Shown here: piece by piece, positions 25,918 through 38,908 of the stretch
How the letters are laid out: the number at the start of each line of letters is the position of its first letter
Numbering within the stretch: the first letter of the stretch is position 1
Assembly: GCF_037042905.1 (NCBI RefSeq)
Contig: NC_087249.1
Span: forward strand, 7,566,001 to 7,630,000
Reading direction: 5' to 3'
DNA from: Lytechinus pictus
Taxonomy: Eukaryota
Length of the DNA: 64,000 nucleotides
The notes under the pieces: generated by a model
What the model was told of the DNA's origin: nothing
What the model saw: only the letters and a program-made list of their open reading frames with translations
Database searches by the model: none
Position numbers and translations under genes: made by a program

Positions 25918-27249
25918 CCCAGAAGAAAAAACAAGTAAGACCAGTATTTTTTTTTACTGGTTTCCAGTAGATTTTTACTGGTTTCCAGTATATTTTTACT
26001 GGGCCAGTTGATTTTTAACTGGACCAGTAAAAATCAACTGGAGACCAGTTCCAACAACTGCATTCCAGTTGAAGCAATTAGTAATACCAGTTAAATTGTT
26101 TTTCATCAAACTGATGCTACTGGTCCAATAAATGGTTTCCAGTAGATTTTTACTGGTTTCCAGTATATGTTTACTGGACCAGTTGATTTTTAACTGGACC
26201 AGTAAAAATCAACTGGAGACCAGTTCAAACAAAGTAGTAATACCAGTTAAACTGTTTTTCATCAAACTGGTGTTGTACTGGTCCAATAAATAATGACTTT
26301 ATTTCAAGTCAGATCATATGACGAATTATGGAAAATGAATCTTGCAATTCAGAGAAAGTTATTACCGTTATCGTTTATCATTGTTATCATCATTCTTTTT
26401 ATAATCAATATACTTATTATGATTATTATGATCATTGTTGTTATCATTCTTATTACTGTTATCATTGTTATTGATTTTGTAATTATTATTATTAATATTA
26501 TCATAATTATCAAGTATGAACATTATCATTAAAATAATTATTTCCTTTTTTAAATGATTAAGATAAATCAAGATATATTCCTCTGATAGAGTCAACTGGT
26601 CTAAAGTAATTCATTGTTTGAAATTGAACTGGTCAAGACCAGTAATACCAGTAATTCTGGTGATGCTGATCACGTGGTTTACCTCATTTGCATATTTCCT
26701 GTTTTTAAAAGAAAAATCAGGATTTAGAATGGAATATCCTTGCAATGGCACTCATTGTTGTTTAAAAACTTTCTAAATAAGTGTGTGAACTAATTCACAA
26801 TGAAAATGTGTAATTTCATACATCACATTTAAAATAACAGCAGAAAGATTGATTTACTAACCATTCTTTCCATCACATTTCACTGACCATGGTATATAAC
26901 AAACCAAATGCATGTAATAAATTGATCCAGTAAGACCAGTACGAGGACCAGTTCGACCAGTTCGAGGACCAGTCAGACCAGTAAAAAAATACCAGTAAAG
27001 ACCAGCTGAAATTGGAAACCAGTATGAAGACCAGTGAAACCAGTATGAAGACCAGTAACAGCCACCAGAAACAAGACCAGTATACAATTGCAGTAGTTCA
27101 AGACCAGTTAATTTTTAACTGGACCAGTAAAATTTTAACTGGACCAGTATGACCAGTTAGACCAGTAAATCGATGTTCCAATTTCCAGAGTTACCATTTA
27201 AAATTATACTGGTCTAACTGGTCCAGTGGAACTGGTTTTTCCTTCTGGG
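25918..27249. mobile_element. 1.3-kb CCCAG-terminal non-autonomous transposon built of ACCAGT/ACTGGT subrepeats, nested in a smaller MITE (25647-27259)
   Basis: TIR CCCAGAAGAAAAAAC...GTTTTTTCCTTCTGGG; internal ~175-bp direct duplication. Host MITE ends CCTGGGCCCCGCCTTACAAAGAGTT / AACTCTTTGTAAGAC..GGGCCC are split by it. Confidence 0.75.
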
Positions 27250-28127
27250 TGGGCCCGGGACTCTGAAAGAAGGACATATTTGCATTCTTTTTCGTCCGGT
27301 CCGATTCTTCGGACGATCTCTCGGTCAACGAACTTTCGATAAAATCCTATCGACTGTCCATTGTTTTGTTTTGTTTACTTGCATGTTCATAGGAATTGGT
27401 GCGTTGTATAAAGCGTCTGACTATTGGCGCCGTTCTGCACAGTCCTTATGAGTACTACGAACAAAATATTAACAGGGTAGAGTTTCATGAAGCTATTCTG
27501 CGATTGCACCCAAGAACTGTTATAAGCTACTGAAATCCGTGTGTTTGATTGGCTGAGAGCATGACTTGACGGTGAAAACCACCCACAAGAAATACTTCAC
27601 GGAACTCTTATCCTAATAACTGTATAAATAAATCTCAATGCGACTTTGGGACAACTGCAATATAAGTTCTCACAAAAACAAACCTCGAAGTATGTTGACT
27701 CTTTTTATCTCACATTGCCTTTGATCAGAATTGGTGGGAGATTGAAGATGCACACTCTTTTTTATGACTGGATCGCAAATAGCGTTAAAAAAAGATAAAA
27801 AAGTTTGTGCAAATAATGCACTTTTCGTATATGACCCCCCCCCCAAAAAAAAGCAAGGTGAATGGTGCAAAAAAAAATGAAAAGTCAAAATACGACAATA
27901 TAGTTTTGTGATAGATTTTGACAATATGTTTTCGAAATAAGATTGTATATCTCCATTTTCCTTTCGTTTCTCATTTATTTATTTATTTTATTTTATTATT
28001 ATTATCTTTTTTTTTTTTTTTTTTTTTTTTTTGGGGGGGGGGGGCATTTTAAGGGGGTGCATTGCCCTCCCATCAATACACCAGCGCGCCGATATACTAA
28101 GTTTAAACACCAATAAAAGATACATTG

Positions 28128-28138
28128 AATATAAATAT

Positions 28139-28219
<81 letters not shown>

Positions 28220-28252
28220 ATATTATATATATATATATACATACATATATAT
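28128..28252. repeat. (TA)n microsatellite
   Basis: Seen directly. Confidence 0.95.
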
Positions 28253-31157
28253 TCAACAACCTATAATGACATTTTCTGTAGAAGGATTGCAGCGATGAAA
28301 CGAACAGCTTATTTACTTCTTACAAATCTTTGATGTTTGATGGCTTTATTAAATACTATATAGGAATAAGATTGCCCAAAAGTATTTTTCCAGGGTCGTC
28401 TGTATATCTATTCTCTCTACGGATCGATATGTTTACAAAAGTATAGGCCTACTAATTGAAGAAGGCTCGGATGGGTCCAGCGTTCTAGCAATTTAAATCC
28501 CGCATCTACATGTATATGAATACAATATGCAGAGAGATAGGGGAGAGGGGGTGGATAGCGATGGGGAGGGGTAGACAGGGAGATAAAAGTAGCAATGTTT
28601 TTACGGCGTAAGAAAAAATTCTTCAATTAGACTGATAGTTTGGTTGTTTATTTTTATATTAATTATTTTAATGTGACACTAAATACACATAATATAGTGA
28701 AACAACTTACATATTAATATATCTAAATGCTTTTTCATTCTTCTTTTGCTTGAAACTTGAACCATTTTGGATTTTTAAATCATTTGAATAATTTTCAACA
28801 GTTCTTTAGATCTACTTCTAATATAATTGATCATTAGAAATAATTTGAATAATTTTCAGCAGTTCTTTCCATCTATTTTCAATACATTTAATCATTAGAG
28901 ATGTTCATCTCCTTTAGAAATAATTTTTTTCCACTACCATTATTTTCAATGTATTCCGTACCACAGAGTTTGCGTTTAGTGAAAATATGTCCCAATAGCC
29001 CATAAACACAAAATAACATAATGAAGACCTGAGGAACCGTTTCATCAAGAGTTACAACTGTTGTAACTGTGCCGTTATGGCAACTCCCATGGCAACAGGG
29101 CTCATCAGCCAGTCAAAATCAAGGTTACCATGGTAGTTGCCATAATGGCAAAGTTACAACAGTAACTCTTTACGAAACGGGCCCCTGTACTATTATAATT
29201 GTGCATATTATATTGATTTATAAAGATTTATTAAGGCTCATCTGAAATTAAATATCTATTTTAAACAATATCGGGGTAAAGAAATTGCATGGACGCATGA
29301 GTGGATGAGGGTGTGTGTTATGACTCTTGATTTCTTAAAAAAAAAAACACACAAAAAAACAAATGCACACTTCCAAATGTCTAGTCAGGCGCGATTAGCT
29401 CACTCGGGCAAGGCACGTCCACAAGTTCTAACTGAAAGACAGGAACCGACGAATCGTCTAGATGATTGTCGCCTACAATTATTTGTGAGCAAAGCATAGA
29501 AAACTACCCTGTAAGACGTTTTTCAGCAGCTCAGTACAATACGAACATATTCTGAATGATCCCAAAATGAACACATTATATTAGTCGTTTTCACTAATCC
29601 CAAGATCTAAACACAAAGTAACCGCAGTCCCAATTAGATATCATATGGGCACCAAATGCACTGGACAAGAAGCCCTAAGAAGGCAAGTGGTGAAGAACAT
29701 AGATGCTGAGACCGAAACATTTTTAATTAATATTTTATTATCCACCCGACTGCTGGCATTTTACTTTTTTTCATTTACATGATTCTGAGTAAGATCATCA
29801 TTTAAACAAAATGTTGAACATTAAAAAACCCCACAATTTCAATTGAATAGTAACAAAGTTTTCGTTGGATAAATTGGTAACAAAACGATCATTCCTCATC
29901 ACATTCTTCATATGCACATTAATAAGGAAAGCTATGTTAATATATAGGCTTACCTTAAAACAAAAACTTACCTTAAAAGAAAAACTTAAGAACTTACATC
30001 ATAGTTTACAAAACTGTGGGATTGCAACTAACATTATGGCAAAAAATAAACTCTAATTACATCATAATATACACAGGCAGCATGATAATCATTTATAAAA
30101 TAAATTGTTTAGTCCAGAATAAATATGATGGACAGTTGGACATATCTAAAAATGACGGATCTAGGGGGAGTGTGTGGAATTCAGTGTCGAATCTATAGGG
30201 GGGGTTAGGGGCTTACACCCCCCCCCGGGCTTAATAAAAATAATTAAAAGAAAGGAGTTTGGGATCAAACTCCAACACCCCTTTCCTGTTTAAGAGAGTC
30301 GCGTAAGCAAAACAGTCCGGGGGGTATAGGACGCATTACGCCGCAACTCATCGTTATCGGGTCAAACCAACCTGTCAACCCCCCCCCCACCTTTCTTGGC
30401 AAAAAGCTAGATCAGCCACTGGTATTACTTGTCTATTTAAAATGAGTCCCCGAGAATTGTTAAACTTTTTTACAGTAAAATCAGCCTTCATAATAATTCG
30501 CAGTGACGAATATTTTTTTAAGTATATTTATCTTTACTTAAAAATGTCATATTTTGTATCCGAATTCGATGATTTTATTTAGCACTACGATTGTTTGATA
30601 ATCACTGTTGGCGGGAGTGGTCACGGCCTCTAACTACATTATACATATAAACTATGTTGATACAGCATGTCAAGAATAAAAGATTAAAGAATATAAGTTT
30701 AAATGTTGTCCTTATTTTTCTATGAAAATAACGACTGAGGACAAGAGAATTAAAAACTGATCGACATCGATAGATATTTTAAGGCAGTGTCCTAGATAGG
30801 AACCTTTCATCTAGCCCATTAAGTAAATCTTATGCAGACTATTTAAAATAGTAATGCAGCACTTCAATACAATTTAATACATTCAGACACACAATTCCTG
30901 CTATGCTAGATCAAAACAGTTAAGACATGCCATGCGATATGAAGGTAAAATAAATACAAACCACATTACCATGATTACCATCTTACTGTACACTTGCCTT
31001 GATAACCCTAGTCAAAATATGATAGTAAAAAAAAAACAAGTTTGAAAAATTTAACCAAACAGTATCATCAGGTAGTTTTATTGACTCAACTTTGTCATTG
31101 GTTTCTAAACTTGCAGGAATACTCATTAATTATTTAAGAATATTGATAGAATAATGT

Positions 31158-32280
31158 AACAAGTGGAATGCCCCTGGCGGTCTCACCTGCATCACGCGAT
31201 TCAATATAGCATCAGTGCTGACTTTGACAAGTACTATAAAATAATGATTCACAAAAAACACCAATCATATAATGATACAATACTACGTTCATTGATATTT
31301 GACCTTTATCACGTGACCTAAAACTTGTCAGAGATACTTGATTACCCCTATATTCATATTTTATACATGCACTTTATCTATAGACTTTGAAAGTTATGAC
31401 AGCAATCTAATAATTACCTCTAAAATGGCAAAAGTTCAATGACCTTAAATGACCTTTGACTTTCGTCATGTGACCTGAAACTCGCATGAGATGTTCAGTG
31501 ATACTTGATGACTCAATATGTCCACGTTTTATGAACTAGACCAATACACTTACACAGATATGATGGTAATTCAACAAATACCCCAACATGGCCAAAGTTC
31601 ATTGACCTAAAATGACCTTTGACATTGGTCATGTGACCTGAAACTCGAACGGGATATTAAAAGATACTTGATTACTCTTATGTCCAAGTTTCATGAATCA
31701 GATCCATAAGCTTTTAAAGTTATGATGGCAATTCACCAGATACCCCCATCATGGCCAAAGTTCATTGACCTTTGACGTTGGTCATGTGACCTGAAATTCG
31801 CACAGGATGTTCAGTGATACTTGACTACTATTATGTCCAAGTTTCATGAATCAGATCTATTAAAATTAAAAGTTATGATGGTAATTCAACAGATACCCCC
31901 AATTTGGCCAAAGTTCATTGACCCTAAATGACCTTTGACCTTAATCATGTGACGTGAAACTCAAGCAGGATGTTCAGTAATACTTGATTAACCTTATGTC
32001 CAGGTTTCATGAACTAGGTCCATATGTTTTCTAAGTTATGATGACATTTCAAAAACTTAACCTTAGGTTAAGATTTTGATGTTGATTCCCCAACATGGTC
32101 TGAAGTCATTGACCCTAAATGACCTCTGACCTTGGTCATGTGACCTGAAACTAAGACAATATGTGCAGTAATACTTGATTAACCTTATGGTCAAGTTCCA
32201 TGAACTAGGTCCATATACTTTCTACGTTTTGTTGTCATTTCATAAACTTAACCTTCGGTTAAGATTTGGTGTTGACGGCG
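31158..32280. mobile_element. AACAAG-starting interspersed element with a central array of ~160-bp TGACCT-rich repeats (Helentron/HINE-like, tentative)
   Basis: GCCAAAGTTCATTGACC-like anchors recur near 31428, 31591, 31754, 31907 and 32098. The class assignment is inference. Confidence 0.6.
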
Positions 32281-32480
32281 CCAAACTAGGCACCGCATCC
32301 GTTTTCAGAAACTATTTATGAATTTGGACGAATTTCTAACTAGACTAGACTTAGGAATGGTGCCATACAATGCATAAATACATTCCTGGTAATAAAAATA
32401 CTAGAATTGGTTGTGAGCCTGTATTCATCGATATAAATCAAGTTTATACGAGCTGGAAATATGGACACGTGGACAAATAT

Positions 32481-33636
32481 CTATCGAGATGTAGGATCAA
32501 GCAATTTGCCCTGCTCGCCGACATCGTCTTCCGTGTCGCCATTGCCAGGGCTTACACCATTACTAGCAACATAACCAGTGTCAGATTGGGAAGAAGTCAT
32601 ACATTCGTTGAGCAATTTTTCATTTTCTCCGTCGATGTCGGCTTCATTGTCTTCGTTGTGTGGTTCTGATGTGAAAGCCCGTTGGCCGCAGGTATGGCAG
32701 TCTCGTTTGTTGTGTACATCGCCGATGTGGACGGTCTCGACGTCCTTTGTGGCCAAAGTGATTTGGATATTGACGTTGGTTTCACCGGGTGACTTACCGC
32801 CGGGGGTTCTCCCGTCGTCTGGAATGGCAACAGCATTCGTCTGAGTCGAATTTTCATCGAGATTCTTCCTTGGCACTGGTACACCCATCTTTCTTCTCGT
32901 TTGATCTCTTGGTTTGGTCTTCTTGGCTTCGGTTTCGGATATGTGTGAAACAGCAGCGATTTCCATTTCTCGGTCCATCGACATCGCCTTCGGGATTGCA
33001 GCCGAATCGTGATCCATTTCCTGCACAGCGTGGAGACCGTCGTCACTCGAAGAATCCGTAGGGTACAATGCAGCTTCGCTCTCCGACACACGCCCTTGTT
33101 TCCCATTGCGTCCATTCACGGCTTTCTTCTCGGCATTGCCCTCGACTGGGACTAGAGCTAAACCTAAAGAAGAGCGGCGACGGCGGACAACCCTCCCAGG
33201 GGCCTCGCTGACATCATCTATATGTGGATGGACAGTCCCGGATTCCTTCTCAGTGACAACCTTCCCTGACGCTGACGAAGTACTAGAATTGTTCATTTGG
33301 TTAGCCAATCCTGTAACCGGTCTCTGGTCTTTTTCAAATTGTCTTTCAGCCTCTTTTGGATATGCCTCTCTTTCGTCCTGGGTTAAATGACCGTGTGAAC
33401 CAACTAGACTCTCTGCTTGAACACCTCCCTGTTGTTGAAGGAGGAATGGGATTGACTGAGATGGATCCTCAACACCCTTTTGCCTCTCAATAGCATGCCT
33501 CCTTAGGTCGTTATTGGCATAAAGTCGTCTGTTGAGATTCATTGTTGGGGTAGAAGCTGCGGATAGCATATCTGTTGATCCTCCACTTACGGGTCTGGAG
33601 TTAGTAAGACTCTGAAGAGCACCACTTGAGAAATTC
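32481..33636 (-). CDS. TNFR exon 10: long low-complexity cytoplasmic tail to the stop codon
   Basis: catgcag|G AAT TTC; in frame with the provided ORF 32481..33701. The ten exons sum to 2565 nt = 854 aa + stop. Confidence 0.85.
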
Positions 33637-34231
33637 CTGCATGACAATAAATACAGAAATATAGATTGAATACTAAACATTAAAAGGAAATTATATCCCA
33701 ACCCATCAGGAGCAGAATTGATGCGATATGTGGCGTCATTGAGATCTAAATTCGAAGTAAGGATTTAAGTTGGTCATTTCAATTCAGGGTTCTAATACAG
33801 GCGTATAAAGTTTCAAAGTGGGTAGACCCACCGATCCAACCGACAAAGTGGATAATAACATACTTTCGTTGAAGCCAAAAGAACCACAATCACAAGATGT
33901 GATATACATGTTACAATTATCACATATCCTCACAAGACAAGAATAGACATGATAGAAGATAGATGTGGCCAACTTAACGTGATATGTCACTCTAATGGGG
34001 CATTGCAAGTCAATTTATTGTTCCTAATATCAGTCATAACTCTGGCAATTAATTGCATATTCGTACCTGATTGGTGGTCTTACAGTTTCTTGTAGTTAAA
34101 ACTGATATATCAATTATAAATATTATTGCAATACCCCCTTCTTAACAACGAGTATATGATAATCACAATATCAATATACCAAGGGATCGAGATATTGTTT
34201 TTAATAAGTGGATGACTGCTTTATCACTTAC

Positions 34232-34301
34232 CTTAGAAAATCCATAAATTCCCAGGAGCCGACTTCAGGCGAAATCGGAGAGACTGTTGGATTGTAGACA
34301 G
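34232..34301 (-). CDS. TNFR exon 9: short cytoplasmic exon
   Basis: ccttatag|CT VYNPTVSPISPEVGSWEFMDFL AG|gtaagt; 70 nt, phase 1-2, exactly bridging exon 8 (phase 1) to the last exon (phase 2). Confidence 0.78.
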
Positions 34302-35320
34302 CTATAAGGGGGAGGCAAGAATTTGGTATCTCGAGTAAGAAATCGACATTGTCAACACGTAAAGCAATATCTGTTCAGTCATTTTACTTTATCGGTTTTT
34401 TTTTTACATTGTCCATGGCTTTGCAGAGAATTATGATTGCCATTTTTTATTATTGTTTGGTGGTTCTTCTCTCAGCGAACAACCAAATTTAATAGTGTCG
34501 TGTTGGGATCTGTAATTATAATTTAGAAGGGAAGCGTAATAAAGAAACTTTGGAGAAAGTTATACAAATAGAAATTCACCCCCAAAACAAGATCCAAATC
34601 TTGTCCATCCGGATATCGGGTCGGGCATGTGTATACGTATATTCGAGAAAAGGACCCCCTGAATTTCCGAAATGTCGGGTCCAGTTTACCAGACCATTCG
34701 AAAATTTTGCTATAGTTTTCACATCGGGTAAATTGGACCCGACCTTTCAGAAATTAAGGGGGCTCTTTTCTCGAATGGGTGGGTGAACTGGACTCGACGT
34801 TTTGGTTTTTTTTTTTTTTTTTTTTTTTTTTTTGGGGGGGGGGCACTTTCCTCGAATGGTCGGATTTCGCGATTGCCCAACCCGACGCGATAACGCGATG
34901 GGATGGCACAAGGCGATCCAAATGTGGTCTTTACAGGTCCCACGGGTGATCTAGAAATGTTTAGAATGACGTTTCAGTCAGTGTCACCAGTGATAAGAAG
35001 GTAGAGAATAGCTAATCTTGGAACTGCTGTATGTTGAATAGGCGATTATGGCTAAAAATATCGTAATTTTTCTTAGTTCTGCAATTTTTTTAAATACATG
35101 CGTTTGAGACAATTTCACTAACTGTAAGTAACTTTGCCAAAAGAGGTGGGATTATTTCCGTCAAATTTAGGGTGCTAACTGACGATCAACTAAAAAAAAT
35201 TAAATAAATATCAGTGAATATAGAGAATAGTAGTTATTAGTGTTTAAATTGATGAGCCTCCCGGTTTATACTCAAAGATAATTTCTTTAATTTCAATCTG
35301 ATTAAGAACACAGCCCTTAC

Positions 35321-35557
35321 TTGTTGGAGATCTGGAGGGAGAACTAGTAGGAGAGGGCGTTCCACTCGGGGTTGGTATGAACGGCGTTTCAGTTGTAGTG
35401 GACGAAGTCGATCCATTTCCCCTCTTCCATAGGCTACGGAACACGATGACGACGATGATCAGGACAATGATGACGACAGCGAGAAAGGAACCAATGACTA
35501 TGAAGATGTTCATATAAGTTCCATGTGCGGACGAAAGAGGTTTAACCTCGTCGTTGA
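35321..35557 (-). CDS. TNFR exon 8: transmembrane helix and juxtamembrane Ser/Thr-Pro region
   Basis: cgacag|TC NDEVKPLSSAHGTYMN IFIVIGSFLAVVIIVLIIVVIVF RSLWKR...SPT A|gtaagg; 237 nt, phase 1-1; a single TM helix followed by basic residues. Confidence 0.9.
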
Positions 35558-36029
35558 CTGTCGAAACGGAAATAATATATTTAAAAAAAACAGTATAAAG
35601 AGGAGCAACATCCTTGATAGATGAAAGGATTTCAAAGTCCTTATCAGAAATTTATTTTCTTCAAGAAATTTTTGACAGCAACTTGGTTGAGATGGACCTT
35701 GCGCTAGATGAGATGCCCAAATCCCACCGGATTCCTCGCAAATATTTTCACAAAAGAGGGCTGAATTTATTAGCATGTGCTTAAATCAAGATTTCACAAA
35801 TCCTTTCACTTTTCATTCAAGTGGGCCTACTTGTTGACAGTAAAGAATTTTATCTACACAGATCATATTCAAATTTTGGCTGATTGGTATAGAATATGAT
35901 TTTTCAACAGAGAACATCCCCCGGGCGATTGTGAAGCCTTTTTAATGTCCAGACAGTATCAAGAAACACCCCCAGTCCCATGCTTTACTAAGATACAAAT
36001 ACAAATGCCTATACACCTCCCCTCCTTAC

Positions 36030-36268
36030 GTTCATCGTCAGTATCGGGTTGGGGGATGTCTGCAACTGTAGCCACTTCCGGTACGACTTGATCCTGCGGA
36101 TCTTCTTCGACAGTCACTCCAGGAACTGCAGGAATCCCAGGAACCTGATCGGAATTCTTCTTTGATTCACACCATGCTTGACATTGAGGGATGTGGTTAG
36201 GACATTCAGGGCACTTGTTCGGACAGGCTCCGCTATCGGGAAAATATCCATCTGCGTCTTGGTAATAT
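36030..36268 (-). CDS. TNFR exon 7 (cassette 2, exon C2 plus acidic stalk)
   Basis: gtttag|A YYQDADGYFPDSGACPNKCPECPNHIPQCQAWC...DTDDE C|gtaagg; 239 nt, phase 2-1. Confidence 0.85.
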
Positions 36269-36711
36269 CTAAACGTGAGAATTAAGATGATGATCATGGT
36301 TACAACAAATTGTTATCCGTAAGTATTTTGTGTTTGAACTGTTGCAAGGAAGACATTAGCAATGTTTTACAGATTGCCTAATATATATTTTTATAAAAAT
36401 TTGATTGGGCGCCTCATTTTATTGACTGCTCTTGCATTTCTTTTTACTCACTTTATCCTCCTGCATTCTTCAAAGTAGACATTACATTTTCAGAGCCAAA
36501 ATGGACATGCTAAAGATGATTCATTTTCAAAGTTTGGACAGTTGCCAGATATGAATTAAAGTAGTAAAGTAGTAGTAGTGGTGGTGGTGGTAGTGGTAGA
36601 AGTAGTAGAAGCAGTAGCAGAAGATCAAGAAGTGGGTTTCTCTTTCTGTGAGGCAGAAGTAGTAGAAGTGGAAGTACCAGTAGTGGTAGTAGTAGACGAG
36701 TAGAAGCAGAC

Positions 36712-36777
<66 letters not shown>

Positions 36778-36812
36778 AGGTAGTAGAAGTAATTATAGGC
36801 CTAATATTTTAC

Positions 36813-36979
36813 CCTGGAAGACATTCTCCGCATTGGGTGTCCCTTGAAGCAGTACACTCTGTCGCAACAGTGTTGACGCAGATTCGGCAGGGGGAACATC
36901 GTTGTAGCCCGTCTTCTGAAAACGTTCCTTCGGGACATGGTCGACAGTAAGCATCACCATTCTTTCCTCTGCCACAAAC
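36813..36979 (-). CDS. TNFR exon 6 (cassette 2, exon B2)
   Basis: tttcag|VCGRGKNGDAYCRPCPEGTFSEDGLQRCSPCRICVNTVATECTASRDTQCGECLP GG|gtaaaa; 167 nt, phase 0-2, paralogous to exon 3. Confidence 0.92.
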
Positions 36980-37841
36980 CTGAAACGTTTCCGGGGGAAA
37001 CAGGGTTGTGTTTCACAAAGAGTAAAGTATGATTTAGAGGAGTCGCACTTAGATGTCCAGTTGCATGCCATATAAAAGGCATCATCAAGAGGACGTACGC
37101 TACAAACATGACAAAGTTAAATACATCTCAACAACCTATGGTATTAATCAACAAGAATGCGCCTTACATATCACGTGTGTGTCAGTTCTAAGCATGACTT
37201 TAAAGTCACAATTAACTCTTGTGAAACACCCTCAGGTAAATGTAAAAGTTTGTTAAATCCTTTGAAATATTGATAAAGCCCTAAATCGTTTAGTACGTCA
37301 TGCGAGGGAATCATCTCTCAAAACTCACGTATTTCAGCAGATGTGTTGTAATGAGCCTGCACCTATGAATGTTTTTAACAGAACTATGGCGCAATATAAA
37401 TGCTGTGGATCACCATCACATCTGATAAAGTAGTCCATAGTAGCATGCTCTACATAAGTAAGTATAAAGGCCTATCATTGCCAGTAACACATTTAATTCA
37501 AAGCAATGTGGTGAAAGTTGACGTTTTTTATTACATGCAAACACGCTCAATGTTAAAAGAGACGTTTGCCGAGAGAAAATGTTATTTTGGGTGAGATCAC
37601 TATAAACATTACTTTGAATCTTTACCCTGACTAATTTATCACACAGGTTTAGAGCGGGCATTGAAACTAAGATCCCGTTCTGCTTTTGAACTGATTTTCA
37701 CTAAACTGGTTTCCACCAAACTAGTTTAAGGACGTAGATAAGAACGGGTCCAAGGTATGGTTTGACTTGGATTTCATAGACTAACGTATTGGACATCCAG
37801 GAATGCCCAACTGTCCTATGGGCGGGGAAACAGAAATATAC

Positions 37842-37961
37842 CTTATTAAGTTGTTCTCCTGGCTGACATGTCAAACACGCCTTACAAAGTCCATCATAGT
37901 CTAAGAAGAAGTTTCCATCGTGACAGTGATCAATGCACGAAGGAGGTTCAGGCTCACAGTG
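37842..37961 (-). CDS. TNFR exon 5 (cassette 2, exon A2)
   Basis: ctaaag|HCEPEPPSCIDHCHDGNFFLDYDGLCKACLTCQPGEQLNK|gtatat; 120 nt, phase 0-0, paralogous to exon 2. Confidence 0.88.
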
Positions 37962-38324
37962 CTTTAGATAGAAAAAGATGATAAATTTAGGAAAGTGAGC
38001 CGAAATTGACAAAAACCAAAGCCACAGACAGAAAACGTTGTCTTGATAAGACACAAATATTATATAATACGTGTATTCCATGTATTTAGCCGTAGGTTAT
38101 GAATCCCTTTGGCTGTTTACCTCGTGGCCTACTTGGGCCTGTTGCATAAAATAAAAACTTATTTTTATTTTTTGCCTGAGCTTTTCATTGTCCTTTTTTG
38201 TTTTTCTGCCAAAGTTTTTTTTTTTCATTGCAAAGGGTTTTATGCAACAGGCCACAGACCGCTGGTCTTTGGTTTTTAATCCTGGTGGACTAGCCGTTCC
38301 ATTAGCTTTCGGTCTCTTAGGCAT

Positions 38325-38611
38325 TATAATAATAATAGATGATAATGTAGGATTTGTATAGCGCACGTATCCACCTTGCTAGATGCTCAAGTCGCTCCTA
38401 TATTACCCCGGCTAAGCTAGTCTACCGATTCTGGTGCACACAGCTTTTTGAGGAATTACTTCCTGCCGGTACCCATTTACCTCACCTGGGTCGAGTGCAG
38501 CACAGTGTGGATAAATTTCTTGCCGAAGGAAAACACTCCATGGCTAGGATTCGAACCCACGACCCTCTGTTTGAAAGACGAGAGTCAGAACCACTAGACC
38601 ACGACGCGCCC
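38325..38611 (-). mobile_element. SINE related to family 2, in the TNFR intron between exons 4 and 5
   Basis: Reverse complement has the A/B boxes (GGTTCGAATCC) and the same core GCACTCGACCCAGGTGAGGTAAATGGGTACC. Confidence 0.8.
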
Positions 38612-38706
38612 ACGTACTAGAATAATCGTAATTCTTATTGAACTTAACTATTGATCAATTATGATGATTGCTCAGTCATGAGGACTTGGATGTGAATTAT
38701 ACTTAC

Positions 38707-38908
38707 GTCAAGGTAATCTGGGGGCACTTCTTCAGCAGGCCTGCCTAGATCTACAGGAAGATTCTCCTGGGGTGCATCTTCCGCTCTTGGTTCTTCCCCT
38801 TGGTTTGCCCACCAATCTCTGCACTGAGGGGTATCACGGGGAAGGTCCGAACACCTATCCAGACAGGCGTTCGGGTCTGTCGAGAAGCGGCCAGACGTTC
38901 GGACAAAG
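38707..38908 (-). CDS. TNFR exon 4 (cassette 1, exon C1 plus acidic/Pro linker)
   Basis: atacag|C FVRTSGRFSTDPNACLDRCSDLPRDTPQCRDWW...PPDYLD|gtaagt; 202 nt, phase 2-0. Confidence 0.85.

Noticed and set aside
32481..33701. The 406-aa ORF as a standalone secreted protein, or as containing a death domain
   Set aside because: Its hydrophobic N-terminus is translated intron (polypyrimidine tract) upstream of the acceptor at 33636; I see no six-helix death-domain pattern by eye.
36016..36029. Alternative donor AG|GTGTAT for TNFR exon 7
   Set aside because: It gives phase 2, incompatible with the phase-1 TM exon; C|GTAAGG at 36030 fits.
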